Origin: an uncultured Fibrobacteraceae bacterium
GTDB taxonomy: Bacteria > Krumholzibacteriota > Krumholzibacteriia > LZORAL124-64-63
DNA length: 45,941 nt
Assembly (NCBI GenBank): GCA_964630845.1
Contig: CAZVWL010000002.1
Location: forward strand, 1 to 45,941
Direction: 5' to 3'
The notes below the pieces were generated by a model, which searched no databases, was not told where the DNA came from, and worked only from the letters and a program-made list of their open reading frames with translations. Of this stretch, positions 36,988-45,941 are shown piece by piece. Position 1 is the stretch's first letter. Each line of letters opens with the position of its first letter. The position numbers and the translations under genes are program-made.

Positions 36988-37698
36988 GTGAAACGCCTCA
37001 TGCCCAGGATCATCACCTCGGCGGTCGGCATCCTGCTGATCCTGACCGCCCTGGGTAGCCGGCCCGGAGCCGACGGCGCCGGGCCCTGGCCGGCACACGT
37101 GTTCGACTACGTGGATCGCAACTTCTCCGTCTGGTTCAACATCCTGGCCGTCTTCGCCTTCATCCTCGGCGGGGCGAGCCTGCTCAAGAGCCACCTCGTG
37201 CGTGTGCTGCAGCGGCGTCCCGACTGGCCGTATTCGCTCGTGACCCTGGTCTCGTTCGTCGGGGTGCTCGTGATCGGGCTGCTGAAGCTGGGAGGGGCGC
37301 CCGGCCTGCAAGGTGAGGTCACCGCCCCGGACGCCTGGCTGCGGACGGTGTTCGTCGCGCTCTACGAGCCGCTGATGGCCACGCTCTTCTCCCTGCTCGC
37401 CTTCTTCGTGGCGTCGGCGGCCTACCGGGCCTTCCGGCTTCGCTCACGAGAAGCGTCGATCCTGCTCGGCGCGGCAGCCATCGTGCTCTTGGGGCGCACC
37501 CCCCTCGGCACCTGGCTGAGCGACCTGTTGCCGCGCAGCCTCGGATTTCTCCGCCTCGACACGCTGTCCATGTGGCTGATGCGGGTCCCGAACGTGGCCG
37601 GTCAGCGCGCGATCCTCATCGGCATCGCCATCGGCGTGGCGGCCCTCACGCTGCGCATCCTCGCCGGGCGAGGCGAGGTCGAAGGAGAGCGCTCATGA
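36988..37698 (+). CDS. Hypothetical polytopic membrane protein (about 6 TM segments)
   Basis: GTG start with a GAAGGAG RBS 7 nt upstream. Hydrophobic segments include IITSAVGILLILTAL, WFNILAVFAFILGGASLL, LVTLVSFVGVLVIGLL, LMATLFSLLAFFVASAAY, ILLGAAAIVLLG and AILIGIAIGVAALTL. Confidence 0.6.
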   Translation: MKRLMPRIITSAVGILLILTALGSRPGADGAGPWPAHVFDYVDRNFSVWFNILAVFAFILGGASLLKSHLVRVLQRRPDWPYSLVTLVSFVGVLVIGLLKLGGAPGLQGEVTAPDAWLRTVFVALYEPLMATLFSLLAFFVASAAYRAFRLRSREASILLGAAAIVLLGRTPLGTWLSDLLPRSLGFLRLDTLSMWLMRVPNVAGQRAILIGIAIGVAALTLRILAGRGEVEGERS

Positions 37699-38585
37699 CC
37701 CCGCCCGCGCGCGGCGACCTGCGCGCCCGACTCGGCCGGCTCGACCGCCGCTGGCTCTACGCGGCGCTGCTGATCGCCCTGGCTGCCACGCTCGTGCTGC
37801 AGCCGCTCTTCCCGGAGACGCCCTCGGTGTTCACGCGGCCGGTCTTCGCGCGAGTCGAGGCCCTGCAGCCCGGCACGCCGGTGCTCGTCTCGCTGGACTA
37901 CAGCCCCGCCTCGGCGCCGGAAATCGAACCCATGGCGCAGGCGGTCACGCGCCACCTGCTGCTGCGCGGCGCGCGTCCGGTGTTCGTCACGCTCTGGCCC
38001 GAGGGCAACAACATGATGCAGCGGCTGCGCGACCAGGTGCTCGCGCCCGAGTTCCCCGATCTGGTCGAAGGCCGCGATTTCGTCGCCCTCGGCTACAAGG
38101 CCGGCGGTCGCATGGTGATCAACGCGTTGCGCCAAGACCTCGCCGCCATGTACACGACCGATCTGCGCGGCGTGCCGCTCGATTCGCTGCCGGCCCTGAC
38201 GGGCATCGCCCGGCTCGCCGACTTCCCGCTCTTGATCGCCCTCTCGGGAGGCACGCCGGGCTTGAAGGAGTGGGTCCTGTACGGCGGCGACCCGACCGGC
38301 ATCCCGATCGCCGGCGGCTGCACGGCGATCGGCACGCCGGAGTTCCTGGCCTACTTCCCGGGCCAGCTGTTGGGACTGCTGGGAGGTCTGAAAGGCGCGA
38401 GCGAGTACGAGCACGCGCTCGCCCAGCGATTCGAGGATCGCGCCATCCCGCGCCGAGCCGGCCGCGCCATGGGACCACAAACGGTGGCCCACGTCCTGAT
38501 CCTGATGTTCCTCGTGTTCGGCAACCTGGACTACCTGCGACGCCGCCGTCGCTCCGGTCGCGGCGTCGACGGAGGCGGGCCATGA
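37695..38585 (+). CDS. Hypothetical bitopic protein (paralogue of the 36162-36971 product)
   Basis: ATGA overlap. TM segment WLYAALLIALAATLVL, a domain with GARPVFVTLWPEG and AGGCTAIGTPEFLAYFPGQLLGLLGGLKGASEYE, and a C-terminal TM segment VAHVLILMFLVFGNL. Confidence 0.6.
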   Translation: MTPPARGDLRARLGRLDRRWLYAALLIALAATLVLQPLFPETPSVFTRPVFARVEALQPGTPVLVSLDYSPASAPEIEPMAQAVTRHLLLRGARPVFVTLWPEGNNMMQRLRDQVLAPEFPDLVEGRDFVALGYKAGGRMVINALRQDLAAMYTTDLRGVPLDSLPALTGIARLADFPLLIALSGGTPGLKEWVLYGGDPTGIPIAGGCTAIGTPEFLAYFPGQLLGLLGGLKGASEYEHALAQRFEDRAIPRRAGRAMGPQTVAHVLILMFLVFGNLDYLRRRRRSGRGVDGGGP

Positions 38586-39259
38586 GCACCAGCTTCGAGG
38601 TCTGGGTCGGCGCCGCGTTGACCCTGATGGTCTTCAGCTTCTTGTGGCGCGACAACCCGTTCTACAAGGTCGCCGAACACCTGTTCGTCGGCGTCTCGGC
38701 CGGTTACTGGATGGTGATGGGGTTCTGGTCGACGCTGTGGCCGAACGCCATCGTCAAGCTCGCGCCGGCGGCCGCGCGCCTGACCGACCCGACGGCGGAG
38801 GTCGGCCCGCGCGAACCACTGGTCCTCATCCCGCTGCTGCTCGGCTGCCTCATGTTGCTGCGATTGTGGCCGCGCATGTCCTGGCTCGGGCGCTGGCCGA
38901 CGGCGTTCGCCGTCGGCACGACGCTTGGCTACAACGTCGTGCGCTACCTACGATCGGACTTCCTGGCCCAGATCAACGCGGCGATCTCGCCGGGCCTGGT
39001 CGTGCTGGCCGCTGACGGTGGCGTGAACTGGGCGGCGACGCTCGACCAGTGGGTGCTCGTGGCCGGCACCGCCTGCGGGCTGGTGTACTTCACCTACACG
39101 CGCGGCAGCGGCGGCCTGCGCGGCGGCCTCGCTCGCGGCGGGCTCATGGTGTTGATGATCGCCTTCGGCGCCAGCTTCGCGTATGCGGTGATGGCCCGGG
39201 TCGCGGTGCTGGTCGGCCGGCTGCAATTCCTTCTCGGCGACTGGCTCGGCGTGCTTTGA
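38582..39259 (+). CDS. Hypothetical polytopic membrane protein (about 6 TM segments)
   Basis: ATGA overlap. Hydrophobic segments include VWVGAALTLMVFSFLW, LFVGVSAGYWMVMGFW, LVLIPLLLGCLMLL, PTAFAVGTTLGY, WVLVAGTACGLVYF and GGLMVLMIAFGASFAYAVM. Confidence 0.6.
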   Translation: MSTSFEVWVGAALTLMVFSFLWRDNPFYKVAEHLFVGVSAGYWMVMGFWSTLWPNAIVKLAPAAARLTDPTAEVGPREPLVLIPLLLGCLMLLRLWPRMSWLGRWPTAFAVGTTLGYNVVRYLRSDFLAQINAAISPGLVVLAADGGVNWAATLDQWVLVAGTACGLVYFTYTRGSGGLRGGLARGGLMVLMIAFGASFAYAVMARVAVLVGRLQFLLGDWLGVL

Positions 39260-39343
39260 CGCTCGGCCCGGTTGATTCGGTCCGCGCGGCGCGTTACAAT
39301 TCTACCCCGTCGTCTTCACCGTACGTCCGCCGCGGGAGCGCCC

Positions 39344-40237
39344 ATGTCAGCCGATATGCCCGGCCTCGTCCAACAGATCGCGCACTTCGAGGCCCGTCTA
39401 CGCGATGACCCGAAGTCGCGCGCCTTCCTGCCGCTGGCCGACCTCTATCGGCGCACCGGCAAGCTCGAACGCGCCCGCCAGCTGCTCGCCGGCGGCCTCG
39501 AAGCCGATCCCGCCTGCGTCTCGGCCCGCGCGGCGCTCGGCGACGTGCTGGTCAGCCTGGGCGACCTCGCCGCCGCCCGCGGGCAACTGCAAGAGGTGCT
39601 CGACCGCGACCCCCAGAATCTGCTCGCCCTGCGCCTGCTGGCCGGCGACGCCGCCACGCGTGGCGAGTGGGAGACCGCGCGCACGTTGGCCGAACGCCTG
39701 CTGCGCCTGCTTCCCGAGGATGCCGAGGTCCGCAAGCTGTTGCGCGAGGTGCGCGGCCGCATGACGGCAGCGCCTGCGCCGCCGCGTCCGGTATCGCCCG
39801 CGCCGGTCCTGCCCTCGCCCCAAGCCGATCGCGGCGATCAGACCGCCGACGGCGCGCTCGGCATCGGCAGCGGCTTGGAGACGCCCACGCTGGCCGACCT
39901 CTACCGCCGCCAGGGCTACCCCGAGAAAGCGCGGGCCATCGTGATGCGGATCCTGGCGGCCGAACCCGGCCGCCGCGATGCCCTGGAGGTGCTGGCCCGG
40001 CTGGACGGGAGCACGCCTCCAGACGTGAACACCCCCGTGCCGCCTTCCGCCCCGACGGCCACGGGCACGCCGGACCAGCACGTCCCGGCCAGCCCGCCCA
40101 CGGTCGCCGGCCGGGCCAACGGCACGCCGTTGCGAACGGCGCCGGACATCGTGGCCGGGCGAGCGGCCGCCCGCCCGGACGACCTGGATCGTTTTCGGGC
40201 CTGGCTCGACCGCGCTGCCGACGCGCGGGACCCCTGA
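39344..40237 (+). CDS. TPR-repeat protein with a Pro-rich linker
   Basis: Repeated A/L/Y-rich 34-mers (FLPLADLYRRTGKLERARQLLAGGLEADPACVSARAALGDVL...; LADLYRRQGYPEKARAIVMRILAAEP). The linker reads APAPPRPVSPAPVLPSP. ATG at 39344 with GGGAGCG upstream; the track ORF starts at 39272. Confidence 0.7.
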   Translation: MSADMPGLVQQIAHFEARLRDDPKSRAFLPLADLYRRTGKLERARQLLAGGLEADPACVSARAALGDVLVSLGDLAAARGQLQEVLDRDPQNLLALRLLAGDAATRGEWETARTLAERLLRLLPEDAEVRKLLREVRGRMTAAPAPPRPVSPAPVLPSPQADRGDQTADGALGIGSGLETPTLADLYRRQGYPEKARAIVMRILAAEPGRRDALEVLARLDGSTPPDVNTPVPPSAPTATGTPDQHVPASPPTVAGRANGTPLRTAPDIVAGRAAARPDDLDRFRAWLDRAADARDP

Positions 40238-40332
40238 ACGGCCCCATTGCCGCGCGCAGGCACACCGTATATCGTGATGGCTTCCCGGCGGGCGATCAAC
40301 CCGCGTTCATGATGGTCAAAGGAGAGGGTGAC

Positions 40333-40890
40333 GTGGCCGATACCAGCGACTTCCGCACTGGCTTCACCTTGCGGTTCAAAGGCGAACTGTGGAGCATCAT
40401 GGATTTCCTGCACGTCAAGCCGGGCAAAGGCGGCGCCTTCGTGCGCACGAAGCTCAAGGGCGTCACCAGCGGCAAGGTCATCGAGGAAACGTTCCGCGCC
40501 GGTGAGAAGATCGACGAGGTGCGCCTGGAACGCCGCGACTACCAGTACCTCTACAACGACGGCGAATTCTACACGTTCATGAACATGGAGACCTACGAGC
40601 AGGTGCAACTGCCGGTCGAAATGCTCGGAGACCTGCCGCTCTACGTCAAGGAAAGCGACATCTGCAGCGTCCTCTCGCACGAGGACAAGCCGCTGACGGT
40701 CATCCCCCCGTTCACGGTCGAGTTGAAGGTCAAGCAGACCGATCCCGGCGTGCGAGGCGACACCGCTCAAGGCGGCAGCAAGCCCGCGACGATGGAGACC
40801 GGCCTGGTCGTCCAGGTGCCGCTGTTCATCGAGGAAGGGGCCGTGTTGAAGATCGACACCCGGACGGGCAAATATCTCGGCCGCGCCTAG
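40333..40890 (+). CDS. efp: Translation elongation factor P
   Basis: VADTSDFRTGFTLRFKGELWSIMDFLHVKPGKGGAFVRTKLKGVTSGKVIEETFRAGEKI ... TDPGVRGDTAQGGSKPATMETGLVVQVPLFIEEG. The protein is 185 aa. GTG at 40333 has GGAGAGG about 6 nt upstream. The modifiable loop carries Lys (KPGKGG). Confidence 0.93.
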   Translation: MADTSDFRTGFTLRFKGELWSIMDFLHVKPGKGGAFVRTKLKGVTSGKVIEETFRAGEKIDEVRLERRDYQYLYNDGEFYTFMNMETYEQVQLPVEMLGDLPLYVKESDICSVLSHEDKPLTVIPPFTVELKVKQTDPGVRGDTAQGGSKPATMETGLVVQVPLFIEEGAVLKIDTRTGKYLGRA

Positions 40891-40964
40891 CGGAACCGGC
40901 TTGCCAGGCTTGCGTGCCGCGGCGATGATGTCCCGGCAAGGATCCCAGTTCCCAGGAGGAGCCC

Positions 40965-41408
40965 ATGGACATCGCGAAGCTACGCGCCCTGGTCGACCTG
41001 GTCGTCGAGTCGGGTGTCGCCGAACTGACCGTCGAGTCGGATGACCTCAAGGTCACGGTCAAGGCCTACGGCGGGGCCGCAACGCCGCCGACAGCCTCGT
41101 TCGCGGCGTCGACGCCGTCGATCTCGGCCGTGGTCGCCGCCCCGGCCACCCCGGCCGCCGACACCTCGACGCGCCCGGTGACCTCGCCGATCGTCGGCAC
41201 TTTTTACCGCGCGGCGACTCCCGGTGGCCCCAACTTCGTGGAAGTCGGGCAGAGGGTCGTCGTCGGGCAGACGCTGGGCATCGTCGAGGCGATGAAGGTG
41301 ATGAACGAGATCGAGGCGGAGTTCGGGGGGATCGTCCGCGAGGTCTGCGTCGAGAACGGTCAACCCGTGGAAGCCGAAGCCGTCCTTTTCCGCGTCGAAC
41401 CGGCCTGA
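40965..41408 (+). CDS. accB: Acetyl-CoA carboxylase biotin carboxyl carrier protein
   Basis: Ala/Pro-rich linker, then SPIVGTFYRAATPGGPNFVEVGQRVVVGQTLGIVEAMKVMNEIEAE, which contains the EAMKM-type biotinyl-Lys motif. AGGAGGA RBS. Confidence 0.92.
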   Translation: MDIAKLRALVDLVVESGVAELTVESDDLKVTVKAYGGAATPPTASFAASTPSISAVVAAPATPAADTSTRPVTSPIVGTFYRAATPGGPNFVEVGQRVVVGQTLGIVEAMKVMNEIEAEFGGIVREVCVENGQPVEAEAVLFRVEPA

Positions 41409-41509
41409 CGAAGCCTCAAGGTGCCGCCACTTCGGCCGATCATTGCCGTGATCGCCCGCGCCTCCGCGCGGACGCTGCACAACGGTGATGCCCGGCCAGG
41501 AGTGGTGCC

Positions 41510-42664
41510 GTGTCTCTCGATATCAAACGTATTCTCAAGGACATGATCACCCGGGGCGCGAGCGACCTCCACCTGAAGGTGGCCTCCCCGCCCAACCTGC
41601 GAGTCAACGGCCGTCTGGTCATGCTCGATTATCCCGCCCCGACGGTGCAGGACATGATCGCGGTCGCCCAGCAGATCCTCACCCCGACGCAGCGGGAGCA
41701 GTTCGAGAAGACCCGCGAGATCGACTTCGCCTTCGGCGTGCCGGGCGTCGCCCGTTTTCGCGCTAATTTCTACGTGCAGCGAGGGTCCATCGCCATGGTC
41801 TTCCGGCACGTCCCCGTCGAGATCCACACCCTCGATGATCTCGGCCTGCCGCCCGTGCTGCGCGACCTGGCCCTGAAACCGCGGGGCCTGATCCTGATCA
41901 CAGGCACGGTGGGTTCGGGCAAGAGCACGACCCTGGCCAGCCTGGTCGACATCATCAACACCGAGTGCGCCAGCCATGTCATCACCATCGAGGACCCCAT
42001 CGAGTTCCTGCACAAGGACAAGCAGAGCATCATCAGCCAGCGCGAGATCGGCGCCGACACGGGCAGCTACGCCGAGGCGCTTCGCCACATCCTGCGCCAG
42101 GATCCTGACTGCATCCTGATCGGCGAGATCCGCGACGCCGATTCGATGAAGGTCGCCTTGACCGCGGCGGACACCGGCCATCTCGTGCTGAGCACGATGC
42201 ACACCATCGACGCCACGCAGACGATCAGCCGGATCATCAGCTTCTTCCCGCCGCATCAGCATCAGGAGATCCGTTATCTGCTGGCGTCCACCCTACAAGC
42301 GGTCGTGTCCCAGCGCTTGGTGCCCGATCCCCAGGGAGTGCGGCGCCATGCCGCCGTCGAGGTGATGATCACCACCAGCACGATCCGCGATTACATCCGC
42401 GAACCCGACAAGACCGTGCTGATTCGCCAGGCCATCCAGGAAGGCTTCGTGCAGTACCAGATGCAAACCTTCGACCAATCGCTGATGATGCTCTACAAGC
42501 AGGGGCGAATCAGCCTCGAGGGCGCGATGCAGGCTTCGAGCAATCCGCATGAGTTCTCGCTGCGCTTGAAGGGGATTCAGGCCAGTAGTGACACGACTTG
42601 GGAGAGGTTTGAGAGGGGGGGAGGGGTGGGGCAGGCCGAGCCCGTCCCCGAAGGCCTCCGCTAG
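41510..42664 (+). CDS. pilT: Type IV pilus retraction (twitching motility) ATPase, PilT family
   Basis: GASDLHLKVASPPNLRVNGRL, Walker A ITGTVGSGKSTTLASL, TIEDPIEF, Walker B / Asp box DPDCILIGEIRD, His box TGHLVLSTMHT, and STIRDYIRE. GTG start with an AGGAG RBS. Confidence 0.85.
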   Translation: MSLDIKRILKDMITRGASDLHLKVASPPNLRVNGRLVMLDYPAPTVQDMIAVAQQILTPTQREQFEKTREIDFAFGVPGVARFRANFYVQRGSIAMVFRHVPVEIHTLDDLGLPPVLRDLALKPRGLILITGTVGSGKSTTLASLVDIINTECASHVITIEDPIEFLHKDKQSIISQREIGADTGSYAEALRHILRQDPDCILIGEIRDADSMKVALTAADTGHLVLSTMHTIDATQTISRIISFFPPHQHQEIRYLLASTLQAVVSQRLVPDPQGVRRHAAVEVMITTSTIRDYIREPDKTVLIRQAIQEGFVQYQMQTFDQSLMMLYKQGRISLEGAMQASSNPHEFSLRLKGIQASSDTTWERFERGGGVGQAEPVPEGLR

Positions 42665-42671
42665 ACTTGTA

Positions 42672-43969
42672 GGTGCCTAGGAGATTGTGTCCGAGGTAGC
42701 CATGTGCCGGTTCGGTGCTCGTCGTATGGCAATGTTCCGGTTGGTTCAGTGAACGGTGCTGGGCCGACACGCCATCCGCCTAGCAGCGAGATTTGGCTCA
42801 GCCGTCACCATGTGGCTCAAAATGCGTACTTTAGCCGATGTCGACCGTTGCGCCCGAGAACAGGTGTCAGCACATCCCGCCAGTAGTATCGCTCCCAGCT
42901 TGCCGGCAACTCGTAATGTGCCGGGAACAATCGCTGACCGAGGATGTCATCAGCCGTCAACACCCGGTCCGCCAATCCCAGGATCATCGCCGGCGTCTCT
43001 CGGCAACGTTTCTCCCAGCGCCGCTTTTCGCAGTTGCGCCACACCGTGAACACCGCCATCCGGTACGCCGACTCCTGGCGGCGCTTCGAGAACGCGATCG
43101 TCTCGCGGCGATGATTTGCGCTACAATGCCGCATAAACATGTCTAGCACGTTCACTTCGAAGAGCTCGTTGCGCCGATCTCGTCGCTTCCGGCTACTGGT
43201 CTGGCGGTGCTCCACCTGACATTGCAGTCCCCGAATGACCCTCGCATATGCTTGGTGCTCGTCACTGCGAACGATCGCTTGCCCGGTACCGCGCAACGCC
43301 GATTCCAGCAATTCCCGGGTAGCGTTCTGCACCGCCTTCGGGTCGGGGCGGCCGTGCTTGGCTTCTAACTCCTGGCGACGCCTTTTCTGGTGCTCAGTCA
43401 TGCGGCCGCTGCGTCGCAACGGAGCGTCGTTGAAGTGAATGATGAAACTGGAGTTGCAGTCGACGGCGTGCAGGTGCTCGAAGGGGTGGAACTGACTGTA
43501 CTCGAAGCAGGCGATACCGTCGATGGCGATGTCAGCGAAAGGTGACGCTTGCTGTAGGAGGTGTCGCTGGAAGAGCAGGCAGTGTCGACCGAGGCGACCG
43601 AGCTGTCGGTCGACGGTTCCTGGGGCGCATCGGTTGGGCCTGGCGAACTGTCTGTTGGCCATGGCGCCGACCGTGTGATTGTAGATCTTGGCCAGCAGGG
43701 ACGGACGTTTTAGCCAGTAACTGGTTGAGAATGTTTGGTTTGAAAAGGATCTACGGCAGGCAAGGCATCGATACCGTTGGACGGTGTGTGGTTTGATATG
43801 GCGGCGAAAGAAGCCGGCTTTTCGGTATGGCCAGTGGCCGGGTTGAGGCATATGGTAGGGGCACTCCGGGTTGGGGCAGTGCGGAGGGGTCCAGTCCGGG
43901 TCGTGAGTTCGGTCTTGATGCATGCCCCTTCTGGGCAAGGACTGGGCCCGACACAATCTTGTAGGCACA
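42672..43969 (-). mobile_element. Insertion sequence (IS1-like, family uncertain) with imperfect terminal inverted repeats and one transposase gene
   Basis: Core inverted repeat: CCTAGGAGATTGTGTCCG (42676-42693) against the reverse complement of 43948-43965, CCTACAAGATTGTGTCGG, 15/18 identical. It can be extended outward by GGTG/TGTG (3/4). Visibly lower G+C than the flanks. It contains a Zn-ribbon transposase ORF. I found no target-site duplication. Confidence 0.6.
42817..43923 (-). CDS. DDE-type transposase with an N-terminal zinc ribbon (IS1-like C-terminal signature)
   Basis: CPNPECPYH...[12 protein letters not shown] (CxxC...CxxC). The C-terminal [38 protein letters not shown] resembles the IS1 InsB pattern NxxLRxxxxRLxRKTxxFSK. 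The start is set at MHQDRT (43923) so that the CDS lies inside the IRs; the track ORF extends to 43974. Confidence 0.6.
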   Translation of the reverse strand: MHQDRTHDPDWTPPHCPNPECPYHMPQPGHWPYRKAGFFRRHIKPHTVQRYRCLACRRSFSNQTFSTSYWLKRPSLLAKIYNHTVGAMANRQFARPNRCAPGTVDRQLGRLGRHCLLFQRHLLQQASPFADIAIDGIACFEYSQFHPFEHLHAVDCNSSFIIHFNDAPLRRSGRMTEHQKRRRQELEAKHGRPDPKAVQNATRELLESALRGTGQAIVRSDEHQAYARVIRGLQCQVEHRQTSSRKRRDRRNELFEVNVLDMFMRHCSANHRRETIAFSKRRQESAYRMAVFTVWRNCEKRRWEKRCRETPAMILGLADRVLTADDILGQRLFPAHYELPASWERYYWRDVLTPVLGRNGRHRLKYAF

Positions 43970-43983
43970 ACCAAAGGGTCGGT

Positions 43984-45337
<1,354 letters not shown>

Positions 45338-45366
<29 letters not shown>

Positions 45367-45941
45367 CCGCTCCGGCGGCTCCTGGTGGGAAGCGCCCTGG
45401 TTGTCCGGCCTGATCCTCGTCGTCCTGTCCGTCTACCTGGGTCTGAGCCTGAGCGGGGCCGAGGTGGCGTGGTGGGCATGGCTCGACGGCGAACGCCTGC
45501 CCAACCCGCTGACGAGCGACAATCCTGGCGGACCGGTCGGTGCCGTCCTCGCGTTCGTGTTGCGTCTCTTGTTCGGGGTGGGCGCCGCGTGGCTCGTTGC
45601 GGCCTTGCTCGTGATCGTCGGCGTGGAAGCGCTGGCGGGAAGGCGTGGCCTGTCCCGCGCGCTGCTGCTGCGCGCCCTGCCGCTCTGGCTGGCGGCGGTG
45701 GCCTGGCTCGGGCAGCCCGGCTGGCCGCTGGCGGCGGGGCAGTCCGAGCGCTGGGCAGGCCTGGCGGGCGTGGCGGCGGCGCGCGGGCTGGCGGCGCTGT
45801 TCGGCGACTGGGGAGGCCGGTTGCTGCTGAGCCTGGCCCTGTTGCTGACCGTGCTGCTGGTGCTGCGACCGTGGCTAGGCTGGCTGGGCCGGCCTCTGAC
45901 GGCGCTCGCGGTCGCCGGCGGTCGGGCCCTGGCGTGGGTGG
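45338..45941 (+). CDS. ftsK: DNA translocase FtsK, N-terminal membrane domain (partial; continues past the window end)
   Basis: I translated the open frame by hand, since it has no stop in the window and is therefore absent from the track: [38 protein letters not shown]...[34 protein letters not shown]... This matches the FtsK 4TM N-terminus, including the NxxGxxGAxxA...FG motif. The ATG at 45338 overlaps the accC 3' end by 29 nt. Confidence 0.55.

Noticed and set aside
27334-37031. Series of long - strand ORFs (27334-29004, 30186-32540, 32426-34768, 34515-37031)
   Set aside because: All are antisense to + strand genes with family motifs or clear TM periodicity. They show low-complexity Arg/Pro/Ala/Gly composition and no coupling or RBS signals.
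42663-43978. Target-site duplication flanking the IS
   Set aside because: I compared the 8-9 nt outside each inverted repeat (AGACTTGTA on the left, ACCAAAGGG on the right) and found no match. The CTTGTAGG shared by 42666-42673 and 43958-43965 overlaps the right inverted repeat, so it is not a duplication in the expected geometry.

Overview
This 45.9 kb window comes from a very GC-rich, diderm-type bacterium. The lineage evidence is LPS heptosyltransferase genes, an NPFNPTT-type T9SS/FlgD-like C-terminal sorting domain and a PilT ATPase, which suggests an uncultured FCB-group-like organism, but I cannot place it further. I call 41 CDS, 39 on the + strand; only a HIT protein and an IS transposase are on the - strand. 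I found no rRNA, tRNA or CRISPR array. Many genes sit in long operons whose neighbours overlap by 4 nt (ATGA/GTGA/TTGA). In order, the window contains: (1) a divergent-PAP2 protein; (2) an orphan ParA ATPase fused to an AMPK-beta/CBM48-like glycan-binding domain; (3) an envelope-glycan operon with two small unknown proteins, an O-antigen ligase/polymerase-like protein, GT4, a WecA/MraY-type transferase, a methyltransferase and an unknown anchored protein; (4) a giant secreted peptidase C25 (gingipain-like) / FG-GAP / T9SS-CTD protein behind a near-consensus promoter in an AT-rich island; (5) an orphan family-5 solute-binding protein; (6) a coiled-coil / KKSA-repeat / HARE-HTH-like histone-like protein; (7) HIT and PfkB kinase genes; (8) lexA-hsp20-lon; (9) an LPS-core block of four GT9-like genes, gmhB, DUF3108, a GT39/83-like gene and a PglC-type sugar transferase; (10) acpS, a PhzF-like gene and an acyl-CoA dehydrogenase; (11) a tightly coupled six-gene cluster led by an orphan GlmL/MutL-type ASKHA ATPase and followed by a barrel-sandwich/KOW-like protein and a duplicated membrane module; (12) a TPR protein, efp, accB, pilT, an IS1-like insertion, accC and the 5' end of ftsK. 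The cluster in (11), at 32897-39259 and probably including the ACAD at 31239, is my best candidate for an undescribed system. The many long antisense and alternative-frame ORFs in the track are high-GC artefacts. All functional calls rest on motif recognition by eye, because no searches could be run.
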